Part shown: positions 17,970-25,922 of the stretch, piece after piece | Position numbering within the stretch: position 1 is the first letter of the stretch | Layout: the number at the start of each line of letters is the position of its first letter | DNA from: Nanobdellota archaeon | Lineage (GTDB): Archaea; Nanobdellota; Nanobdellia; Woesearchaeales; GW2011-AR9 | Direction of reading: 5' to 3' | Assembly (NCBI GenBank): GCA_030695685.1 | Contig: JAUYPT010000078.1 | Span: 1-35,169, forward strand | Length of the DNA stretch: 35,169 nucleotides | The notes under the pieces: model-generated | Databases searched by the model: none | What the model was told of the DNA's origin: nothing | Seen by the model: only the letters and a program-made list of their open reading frames with translations | Position numbers and translations under genes: made by a program

Positions 17970-18584
17970 ATGAAAGAAATAAAACTGGATACAAAATTAG
18001 CACAGTTAGTTGATGAAGCAGGAAAAATGTATACAGGAGAATTAATAGCCAGATTAGAGTATCATGCTGAGGAACATTATAATGCTGCTGCCGCAGAACA
18101 TGGAGTACTTTCTTTATTGTTTGATGACATGAGTTTAAAATGTGCGAATGCTTATTATATTGTTGAGAAGGAAATAAGTGAAAAAAAACAGGAAATAAAG
18201 TTTGGACCATTTCAGGCCTTCTTATCAGTTATACTTTACAGAAATGATCCGAAAGCAAAAATAAAAATAGCAGCACCAACAAAAGTGCGATTTGATGAAA
18301 ATTTAGAAAGTCTTGTTGATGAAGAAGGAGTTAAATATGAAGGAAAACGATTTAAAACTATTTCCGCCAATTCTTACAGCCATTCTACGTCTCAGGAAGC
18401 GACAGCAGTTGCCGTACAAAAGTTAGTACACACTATTGAAGATATCAATAGTAAAGAATACGAAAGTAATGCCTATGGACCGGTTACGGCGTATGAAATC
18501 ATTGGTTCTCATTGTAGCGATACACGGCAGGAATATGACACCACACCATTTACAGCAACGGTTACAGCAATTTTGTATAAATAA
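17970..18584 (+). CDS. Hypothetical protein
   Basis: 204-aa ORF with GGGGTGG SD-like element upstream; C-terminus loosely resembles YbjQ/UPF0145-like folds (ends TATVTAILYK). Confidence 0.75.
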   Translation: MKEIKLDTKLAQLVDEAGKMYTGELIARLEYHAEEHYNAAAAEHGVLSLLFDDMSLKCANAYYIVEKEISEKKQEIKFGPFQAFLSVILYRNDPKAKIKIAAPTKVRFDENLESLVDEEGVKYEGKRFKTISANSYSHSTSQEATAVAVQKLVHTIEDINSKEYESNAYGPVTAYEIIGSHCSDTRQEYDTTPFTATVTAILYK

Positions 18585-18599
18585 AGCAGGAGGGGAAAA

Positions 18600-19349
18600 A
18601 TGGAACTCATCGACAGATACGGCGGGCTTGGTGTTATTTCTTTAACGAACCAGGAAATAGAAAAAGTACAGGTGTTGCGAGAAATAATCAGTAAAAATGG
18701 CATTAAAGATTTCATTGGCAGGGACAGTCCTCGAACACCGGAATATACTGCACTGATGGAAGAACTCTTTCCAGCCTTTCCCCCTTCTTATTGTAATGGT
18801 ATAAATAACTGTATAACAGTTATTAAAAGAGAATCAGATCGTTTTATGGATAAGAATAATAATCTTCTTGGCAAATGTGAAGAATTAGTGATTGATTCAC
18901 GATTAAAACTGAAGGAAAGGAACCATAATTTCTATCAAGCGGATTTGTCGATAGTCTTTCCAAATGGAAAGGAAAACAACAATTATCTCATGACGGTTTC
19001 TCTTCTTTCTTATAATTTGGATGTCATTGATGATGTTGCCGAACTGCTCGGAAAGCGAGAAAATCCTGCAGTTGCAGCACCGCAGGGAATCCCTTGGTGG
19101 GACAAATTTCATCAACAAAAAGACAAAGATAAACAAATCGGTTTTGCGGAAGTGCCCTCTCTCGGCACCGTCAGAGCTGTCTATGAAAAAGCAGAGCGTT
19201 TAGTCGATGATTGTGACAGAAGAGTTAACGTTTGCAGAAAAGATATTGATGTCTTACGGCAGGATTCCATAGAACATCCTAACCTTATGGTGCGGTTAGA
19301 GAGCAGAAGCATGTACAACGGCATTTTACGGGGATTGACAAATCAGTAA
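18600..19349 (+). CDS. Hypothetical protein
   Basis: 249-aa ORF, GGAGG SD upstream, co-oriented with the preceding gene. Confidence 0.75.
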   Translation: MELIDRYGGLGVISLTNQEIEKVQVLREIISKNGIKDFIGRDSPRTPEYTALMEELFPAFPPSYCNGINNCITVIKRESDRFMDKNNNLLGKCEELVIDSRLKLKERNHNFYQADLSIVFPNGKENNNYLMTVSLLSYNLDVIDDVAELLGKRENPAVAAPQGIPWWDKFHQQKDKDKQIGFAEVPSLGTVRAVYEKAERLVDDCDRRVNVCRKDIDVLRQDSIEHPNLMVRLESRSMYNGILRGLTNQ

Positions 19350-19356
19350 CAATGTT

Positions 19357-19364
19357 TTTAAATA
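19357..19364 (+). promoter_or_regulatory. TATA box of the RNase P RNA gene
   Basis: TTTAAATA 20-27 nt upstream of the P1 helix start. Confidence 0.7.
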
Positions 19365-19383
19365 CAGCTGCATAAAACGATAA

Positions 19384-19789
19384 TGGTAGCAGTGGCAGGG
19401 AGCCGACGGTGAACTGTCAAAGGTTTGCTGAGGAAAGTCCGTCCACCCGCGATGTAATTCGCACTATGGTTGCTCTCTTATGAGAGACGGAGAAATCCGT
19501 GGCTCTGGCTCAGAAACGACACGTCCTGCAGACTAAGGGATGATGATGCAAAAAATGAAGATAAATACTTCATTTTTGCACAGAAATATGATCTTTTTCA
19601 TATTTCTTGTGGCGACACTTTCTGTGAAGAAAGTAAGTTAACCCGCGGACGTCTCTGCAGGGACCGATGAAACGGCGAATCCCAACCGGTGCAAGTCAAG
19701 TTTTGACGCTGAGTAGAATGCTCCAACAGGCTATCGGTGCTCATCGAGCACTTTGGGCCTGACAGAAGACGGCTTATGCCACTCTACCA
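19384..19789 (+). ncRNA. rnpB: RNase P RNA
   Basis: P1 TGGTAG.AGTGGCA/TGCCACT.CTACCA; CR-I GAGGAAAGTCC; CR-II/III AGAAACG and GATGAAACGG; GGTGCAAG; CR-IV GAGTAGAATG; CR-V ACAGAAGACGGCTTA pairing with CR-I (P4); T-run follows. Confidence 0.96.
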
Positions 19790-19815
19790 CTTTTTTAAAT
19801 CAAACAGAAACAACA

Positions 19816-20742
19816 ATGCTCAAAGATTTATACACACTAATCACACAAGAACTAAGATATTTAGCAGACAAAGAAACACTCTGTGAACTTCCTCTGGTTG
19901 CACATGACCTACTTTTAGGAGCAAAAAGAAAACCAAAAGAACAAAACTTTACTTATATGGATCTTCATGCTCATTTCAGAAAAACAGAAAATATTAGAGA
20001 CATTATTAATGAAGCATCAAAAAGAGTCGATGTGCTTTCGATTGTTACCTGGGCAAAGGAATATAATAATGGAGAAATGAGTTTTTCCGATGCATTAGAA
20101 AAATTAGAGCAAGAAAAAGTAGAGCACCACAAAATTGGAGAGCGAATTGTCGTTATAAATAGGAGTGATGATAGACCATTTTATCTCCTACGAGCAACGG
20201 AAACTTACGTCAAAGAAAATCAAGGAGTTGTTATGGTTGGAACTGATAAGGAATTTTCAGCTGATTCGCTTACATTAGATGATGCCATTAACGAAGCAAC
20301 AGAAATGAATTCTTTTTATTTTTTAGATCATCCTTTTAGTATCGGAGTACCGGTAATTGGCTTTCGCTATCCAACGGAGGAAGAATTAAAACTACGACAA
20401 AAGTGGTTTGATAAGTATAACCCTGTTATTGAAATCCATAACCATCAAAACACGCTGTGGATGTTTCCCTCAAACATTCTTGCAAAGAAAATGGCACAAA
20501 AGCATAACCTTGTCGGAATTGCCAATTCTGACACCCATTTTGGAATAACTGATGTTGGTCTATCACGAACCGTAATACCGTCTTCTTATTTAGATAACTA
20601 TTCTGAAGAAGCTTTTTTAAAAACATTAAAAAATGCGTTATCAATGGCACATTATGATAATATAAAAGTGGAATCAGGATACTCAAGCATCTGGAGTTTT
20701 GGAAAAAATATGATTTTGCCACGATTAATTGGAAGACATTAA
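19816..20742 (+). CDS. PHP-family metal-dependent phosphoesterase-like protein
   Basis: DLHAH, LDHPF, IEIHN, ANSDTH motifs; start moved to ATG 19816 to avoid overlap with rnpB. Confidence 0.82.
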   Translation: MLKDLYTLITQELRYLADKETLCELPLVAHDLLLGAKRKPKEQNFTYMDLHAHFRKTENIRDIINEASKRVDVLSIVTWAKEYNNGEMSFSDALEKLEQEKVEHHKIGERIVVINRSDDRPFYLLRATETYVKENQGVVMVGTDKEFSADSLTLDDAINEATEMNSFYFLDHPFSIGVPVIGFRYPTEEELKLRQKWFDKYNPVIEIHNHQNTLWMFPSNILAKKMAQKHNLVGIANSDTHFGITDVGLSRTVIPSSYLDNYSEEAFLKTLKNALSMAHYDNIKVESGYSSIWSFGKNMILPRLIGRH

Positions 20743-20749
20743 CTCTGTT

Positions 20750-21259
20750 CTAAACATATTTTTTAATATATCCATGTATTTCTTCGTGAATCAACCATAC
20801 TACCAAAAGAATGGCATCAATATGTGGTGCAAAGAGATAAACATTCCATGATGGGCAAAAAGAAGGCATTATTGTTAAAGGCCATAAAAACAATTTTGTT
20901 TCTGTGCTGGAAAATCCGCCGTAAAAACAATCTAATACTAGATGGAAAAACCAGCCTACGGCAATGACTGCAAAGATTTTTGCCCATTTCTGGTCGTCTT
21001 GATAATGGCGAATAAAGGCAAGCGCTAAAAAAAGCAGCACGAAAAAAATGCTGTGTGTAAAAAGACCATGGAAATAAACCGTAGTTCCACTAACTAAACT
21101 TAAAAACCAACCCAAAGGAATATCTACATCAGGAACTAAGCCTGCTATTCCGCCAATAACAACCAAATAGCGAGGAAATTTATCTTTTTCAAAAACATAG
21201 TAGCGAAAAAGTTCAAGAATTATAATAACCACCAAAACGTGGGTAACTGCCAAAGCCAT
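20750..21259 (-). CDS. Membrane-bound metal-dependent hydrolase (YdjM/DUF457-like)
   Basis: TH...GLVPDVD...H...THS...HLVLD motifs in a hydrophobic protein. Confidence 0.9.
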   Translation of the reverse strand: MALAVTHVLVVIIILELFRYYVFEKDKFPRYLVVIGGIAGLVPDVDIPLGWFLSLVSGTTVYFHGLFTHSIFFVLLFLALAFIRHYQDDQKWAKIFAVIAVGWFFHLVLDCFYGGFSSTETKLFLWPLTIMPSFCPSWNVYLFAPHIDAILLVVWLIHEEIHGYIKKYV

Positions 21260-21341
21260 CTGATTAGTATTAAATCACGACATATAAATATATCGACAGA
21301 AAAATATTTGAACAGCAACGCTTATTGTTTGTTAAGGAAAA

Positions 21342-21779
21342 ATGGCAAAATACACTCAAAAAAAGATAAGTGAATTAGAATTGTTGGTCAGCGGTGAAAA
21401 GGTTGAAGTTATTGGAAAAATACTTGATTCCCCGCAAAAGATATTGAGAGTGGTAGAGAACATTATCGGTGCAGGTATCCGCCAAAATAACTATTTTATT
21501 ACAAAACTTGTTGATCAAGTTGTAAATAGTTATGTTGATATTACCGGCCCTGCGGCGGACCACCATTATGTAAACGATATGGAAATATTTGTAGAAAAAG
21601 CAGCTCAATTATCTTCTTTCGTTATTATTAAGGGAATTTATCATACTCACTTACGTTCCATTGAGATTATTGACATTAAAGATTATGAACATGGAAATAT
21701 ATCACTCATTCCTGATAACAGTGAAGGAGTTCTGTCTATAACTGAAAAAAATTATGGCAATCTTAGCTTTAAAAAATGA
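21342..21779 (+). CDS. Hypothetical protein, possible OB-fold
   Basis: KISEL....GEKVEVIGKI ... L.D ... VIIKG.Y pattern resembles OB-fold strands. Confidence 0.65.
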   Translation: MAKYTQKKISELELLVSGEKVEVIGKILDSPQKILRVVENIIGAGIRQNNYFITKLVDQVVNSYVDITGPAADHHYVNDMEIFVEKAAQLSSFVIIKGIYHTHLRSIEIIDIKDYEHGNISLIPDNSEGVLSITEKNYGNLSFKK

Positions 21780-21946
21780 CATTCTACTTATTGGCATTAG
21801 ATCAAGCACAGAAAAAGACATCTCCATTAAAGGTTTAGAAATAGTCAAAACATGTGACAAAATTTATAGGGAAAATTATAAAAATAAAATTTTTATTTCT
21901 TTTTCTTCCAAAAACTATATATAATAAAGATAAAAATAAGATAGTC

Positions 21947-22120
21947 ATGGCACAAGACAACAAAATACGATTGCCGTCCGGACAGGGCGGATTAACCCGA
22001 TTTTCAGATGAATTTAAATCAAGGATAGAATTATCACCGGCAACTGTCGTCGTTTTATGCGTCATCGTCATGATCATCATCATTCTCCTCCATCAATTTG
22101 GAGGCTCTTTATTGATCTAA
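21947..22120 (+). CDS. secG: Preprotein translocase subunit Sec61beta
   Basis: MAQDNKIRLPSGQGGLTRFSDE..SRIELSP..VV + single TM helix; start ATG 21947. Confidence 0.92.
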   Translation: MAQDNKIRLPSGQGGLTRFSDEFKSRIELSPATVVVLCVIVMIIIILLHQFGGSLLI

Positions 22121-22121
22121 G

Positions 22122-22466
22122 ATGTTCCCTGGCATTAATCCCCGAAAAGTGCAGCAGATGATGAAGCAGATGGGAATACAGCAAGTAGAAATTCCCGCAT
22201 CTGAAGTTATTATCAAAGGAGAAGAAAAAGATATTATTATCCGTAATCCGTCAGTATCCAAAGTCAATATGATGGGGCAGGAAACGTTCCAGATAACCGG
22301 CGACATTGAAGAGCAGGAACATGCCAGCACTCCGGATTTTTCTGAAGATGACATTAAAACTGTAATGGAACAAGCAGGTGTTACGGCAGAAAAAGCCAGA
22401 ATAGCATTAGAAAAACATCATGGTGACCTTGCCGAAGCCATTCTGTCTTTAAAAGCTGACGAATAA
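22122..22466 (+). CDS. nac: Nascent polypeptide-associated complex protein
   Basis: NPRK.QQMMKQMGI, EVII, P.VSK...MGQETFQI.G, UBA-like DI..VMEQAGV..E.A..AL....GDLAEAI. Confidence 0.97.
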   Translation: MFPGINPRKVQQMMKQMGIQQVEIPASEVIIKGEEKDIIIRNPSVSKVNMMGQETFQITGDIEEQEHASTPDFSEDDIKTVMEQAGVTAEKARIALEKHHGDLAEAILSLKADE

Positions 22467-22496
22467 TTTTTATAGTCCAATCTATATACTAACTGT

Positions 22497-22973
22497 ATGG
22501 ATGCGGCGGTGCAATCTTCCTGGAAAAAGGCAGTCAAACACTATGATGCTGCAGAATATTTTCTGAATGTTACGTATCCATCATTGAAAGACCCGATACT
22601 TTTTATTGGGATTATCACTAATATTTTTTCATCCCTGGAAGCAGCAATGGATTCGGTGTTGATCCACGGGCAGAATCAAGGAATGGTGCCGAAAGGCGCA
22701 ACCACTTTTTTAGAAAAATTGCGAGTATTCCGCAGCCGCAGCGCCCAGCAGCATGCCATACCTCACGAATACTTGCATCTTATGGCTGACATTAAAAATG
22801 TCCTTGATTTCCATAAAAAGAGCCCGATTGAATTCCGGCGAAAAGGCACGTTTTTCATCTGTGCCAAGGAATACGAGATACAATCGCTGACAATAACTGA
22901 TATACGAAGCCACTTATATAAAGCGCAAGAGTTCCTGAAGCTCGTGGAAGTTATAATTAACAGTAGGTATTAA
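22497..22973 (+). CDS. Hypothetical helical protein, HEPN-like (paralog A)
   Basis: 158 aa; HEPN-like helix pattern (A.K.YDAAEY.L at N-term; LT..DI......AQEFL..V at C-term); colinear with 23194..23661. Confidence 0.8.
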   Translation: MDAAVQSSWKKAVKHYDAAEYFLNVTYPSLKDPILFIGIITNIFSSLEAAMDSVLIHGQNQGMVPKGATTFLEKLRVFRSRSAQQHAIPHEYLHLMADIKNVLDFHKKSPIEFRRKGTFFICAKEYEIQSLTITDIRSHLYKAQEFLKLVEVIINSRY

Positions 22974-23119
22974 GTCTGCCTGCGGGCCGTTCGCTTCGTG
23001 CTTTCTCGTCATGGTTTGATTTGGATAGCCGTAGGTTAGTCATAAAGAAAGCAACCAATAAACTAGGTGCAAGCAATGGCCGTTCTCAGCTTACCTCGTG
23101 GCCGGGCAGGCAGACTTAA
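22970..23119 (+). ncRNA. Candidate structured ncRNA (150-nt rod closed by a perfect 14-bp stem); strand tentative
   Basis: TTAAGTCTGCCTGC (22970-22983)/GCAGGCAGACTTAA (23106-23119); inner stems GGCCGTT.GCTT/AAGCAATGGCC and TGCTTTCT/AGAAAGCA; G-U pairs favour the plus strand. Confidence 0.65.
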
Positions 23120-23193
23120 CTTAATACGTACAATTAACAGAAAATAATAAATAGAAGCGTCATCTACCCCCATGTTCTTAAGGACGTCTTTAG

Positions 23194-23661
23194 ATGAATG
23201 AATATCTTTTAGAAGCGCGGGAAGAGCTTAAACGGTTGGAACATATCATTTATGTTAGTTTGAAATATACAAGAACGGTCGATGTTCTTCGAAATGCCCT
23301 TAACAGGATGGTTAGTATGTTTGACTTGGTTGTTGACGCCTTCTTAGAAAAAGCAAAAGAAGAGGGCCTGATCGATTTATTTCCTAAAAGCCCTGCCCTG
23401 CGAGCCAAAAGAGTAGAGGAAATGTATCCTGAAGACAAAGAACTGCATCAGTATCTCGCGTTTTATGCCTTTCTCAAGAATATACTCAAAAAGGAATTTC
23501 AAAAAAGAGAAGAATATAGACGGCATGTGACGATGACATTAGAAATAGATAACTCCACAGCAGAAGTGAATATTGATAATTTAATGAATTGTGAGAAATA
23601 TGTGCATCTTTTTTACAACTATGCCCTCGAGAAGATTGACGGCATCAAAAACGAGGATTAG
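23194..23661 (+). CDS. Hypothetical helical protein, HEPN-like (paralog B) with R-x5-H
   Basis: 155 aa; EAREELKRLEHIIYVSLKYTRT, REEYRRH; colinear with 22497..22973. Confidence 0.82.
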   Translation: MNEYLLEAREELKRLEHIIYVSLKYTRTVDVLRNALNRMVSMFDLVVDAFLEKAKEEGLIDLFPKSPALRAKRVEEMYPEDKELHQYLAFYAFLKNILKKEFQKREEYRRHVTMTLEIDNSTAEVNIDNLMNCEKYVHLFYNYALEKIDGIKNED

Positions 23662-23722
23662 TGTCTTATTGTAGAGATTAACAACAAAAATATTAAATAC
23701 CTTCTTTATTTAATCTCCTGTA

Positions 23723-24439
23723 ATGACTAAATTTGTGGCATTAATATCGGGAAAGGGAGGAACCGGCAAAACAACGTCGACGCTTAATATTGGCCATGCT
23801 CTGAAAGAGCGGGACAGAAAAGTAATTCTTCTTGATGCCAACCTCGTGACGCCAAACTTGGCAATCCAGCTGGGATTTATCAACCCTGAAGGAACAATCA
23901 ACAAATTTCTCCGAAAAGAAAAAGATCTCAAGGAGATTATGTATCTTCATGAAAGCGGCTTGTCCTTAATCCCAGCATCGCCGTCATACCATGAATTCCA
24001 GAAAACGAATTCACAGGATTTAACAGAGATTTTTGAACACCTTGATAATATGGCAGATTTTGTCCTTGTCGATGCGCCGAGCGGGTTAGGATATGATGTT
24101 AACCAGGTGCTTAAAAATTGTGATGAAACGGTTCTTGTTGTTAACCCTAATTTAAGTTCAATGATGGACGCCCTTAAAACGATTCAGCTGGCGAAAGTAA
24201 ATCAAACATTCATTGTCGGCATCATCCTTAATATGACCCATCGCGGCTGGAACGAGATGAAACCACAGGAGGTGGAGGAAATACTAGGATACCCTATTAT
24301 TGCCAACATTAAACACGACCGCAAAGTGCGAAAATCAGTCCATCTGCAGACACCGCTTCATTATATGTATCCCCGTTCTAGGTCAGCACGGGAATTCAAT
24401 AAAGTGGCAGCAGTTCTCTGCCATGAGCAGACACTATGA
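23723..24439 (+). CDS. MinD/ParA-family ATPase
   Basis: Deviant Walker A SGKGGTGKTT, LLDANL..PNL, VLVDAPSGLG, VVNP.LSS..DA.K, GIILN. Confidence 0.93.
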   Translation: MTKFVALISGKGGTGKTTSTLNIGHALKERDRKVILLDANLVTPNLAIQLGFINPEGTINKFLRKEKDLKEIMYLHESGLSLIPASPSYHEFQKTNSQDLTEIFEHLDNMADFVLVDAPSGLGYDVNQVLKNCDETVLVVNPNLSSMMDALKTIQLAKVNQTFIVGIILNMTHRGWNEMKPQEVEEILGYPIIANIKHDRKVRKSVHLQTPLHYMYPRSRSAREFNKVAAVLCHEQTL

Positions 24440-24936
24440 AAGAAGTACGCAAACAAGAATTACTACGGAAAGGCTGGAGCCAGCGGGAAATTACCACAGC
24501 GGAAGCTATTGTCGATCGGAAATTGCCGCATGATGTCTTTTTTTCTCAAATTGTTTTCTGGAGCGCTCTTTTAGTGATTGTTATAGGGAATATTATCGTT
24601 TCTTTTGTTGCTATTCCTTTCCTGATGTTTCTGAACCAATGGCAGTTGTATGTCATGATTATTATTTTAGCCGGAATGATTGGATTTCTCTATAATTTTC
24701 TGATCAATGACATCGGCCATCTGGAACGGAAGCATCATGTGACAGCAAGTATTTTAATACCGGTTTTAGCAGTGGTTAATCTCCTCATTGTCGTCTTTGT
24801 CGCTAATACATTAATCATGGATTTAGGCATCAAGAACGATGTGCATAATCCTTGGGCATTAAGCATTGTTTTTGCGGTTGCATTTATTCTTCCTTTTATT
24901 GCCGATCAGATACGGCTGGCTTTTAAAAGAAATTAA
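24436..24936 (+). CDS. Four-TM membrane protein coupled to the MinD-like gene
   Basis: ATGA overlap with the upstream stop; N-terminal L.RKGWS..EI motif followed by four hydrophobic segments. Confidence 0.85.
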   Translation: MKEVRKQELLRKGWSQREITTAEAIVDRKLPHDVFFSQIVFWSALLVIVIGNIIVSFVAIPFLMFLNQWQLYVMIIILAGMIGFLYNFLINDIGHLERKHHVTASILIPVLAVVNLLIVVFVANTLIMDLGIKNDVHNPWALSIVFAVAFILPFIADQIRLAFKRN

Positions 24937-24967
24937 TAAGATCATATACTAAAAGATACTCCCAATT

Positions 24968-25922
24968 TCAACGACTACGTAATGCAGAAATATCATAAAC
25001 CATTCCCGGAGTAAGCAGAAGATAGATTCCATCTTCGGACAAAGCGTGATAATGAATATATGCCTGACCACTCGCTCCGTGAACTTCCATACCATTGCCG
25101 CGGAAAACGCCGGTGATTGGTTCATCAAGGCCAATCCCCAAGTGATCTTGATACTCATTTACTAATTCAAATAAATCTTCTTCTCTGCCTCGCTCGGCAA
25201 CGTGCTGGTCGATGCCAACATTCTGCAGGAAACCAAAACCGTTGATATGATCACCAATGACTATTCTATTGGTGCTGGTATCCCCGCGAATAAGAAAAGA
25301 ACCCATAATTGACGCACCGGGCAGATGTTCCCCCTACAACACCGCCTCTGTCCAAAACTCCACGCAGTTCATCCATAAACTTGGTGCCAAGATAAGCATC
25401 AGCAAGACGCCATTGCCTGCCGCCGGTAAACCATACCCCTCGTGCAGTCTGGAGCGGCTCTACAAACTCTTCTGTATCTGCTACCGTTGGAGTTCGGGTA
25501 TGAAGCAAGGTAATATTCCGCAGATAAACCTGCCTTAGTTGATAATCTAAATCGCCGTCATCAACACAGGCATTGCCCGGTGGCACCGGACAATCCGGCA
25601 ATGCTGTCGGAACAACAACAACTGGAAGATCTGCCCAAGACTCAGAATCAGGATCAATAGCATCACGAAAAAGCCGTGAGCCGTTAAGACCATAATTGCC
25701 GCCGCCGTCAATGATGATAGTGCCGTGAGGATAACCATGAACTGCAGGATAACCTGGCCGTTTTGGATCCGCTGTTTCTAGTTCAGGAATATCGACAGGA
25801 TAACTTCTTTCTGCAGGAGGAGTTTCCATCGGTGTTGGTGAAACCATTGTATCTGGCCCACAAGCCATAACAAGAGAGATTAATGTTGCTGCAACGTTTC
25901 TGTTCATATTCTCACTCTTCAT
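24968..25922 (-). pseudogene. Cyanophycinase-like serine peptidase (S51 family), lipoprotein type, frameshifted
   Basis: IIDGGG, VVVPTA, LHTR...AD, GVWFTGGRQWRLADAY.GT, GGTSA|GASIMGS, IDQHV.ERGRE.DL, GIGLDE; one extra C at 25319-25321 splits the ORF. Confidence 0.85.

Noticed and set aside
19470..19815. ORF 19470..19670 and the TTG-started N-terminal extension of the PHP gene
   Set aside because: Both overlap the RNase P RNA; the PHP gene more plausibly starts at ATG 19816
21854..21946. N-terminal extension of Sec61beta in the ORF track
   Set aside because: The region is an AT-rich promoter (TATATATAA); the family-like sequence starts at ATG 21947
22970..23119. 5S rRNA or SRP RNA identity for the structured element (its ends resemble the bacterial 5S termini TGCCTG...CAGGCA)
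   Set aside because: No CCGAAC loop C, no loop E AGUA/GAA arrangement and no SRP helix-8 CAGG-stem-GNRA-stem-AGCA on either strand; a highly divergent form cannot be excluded without a covariance search
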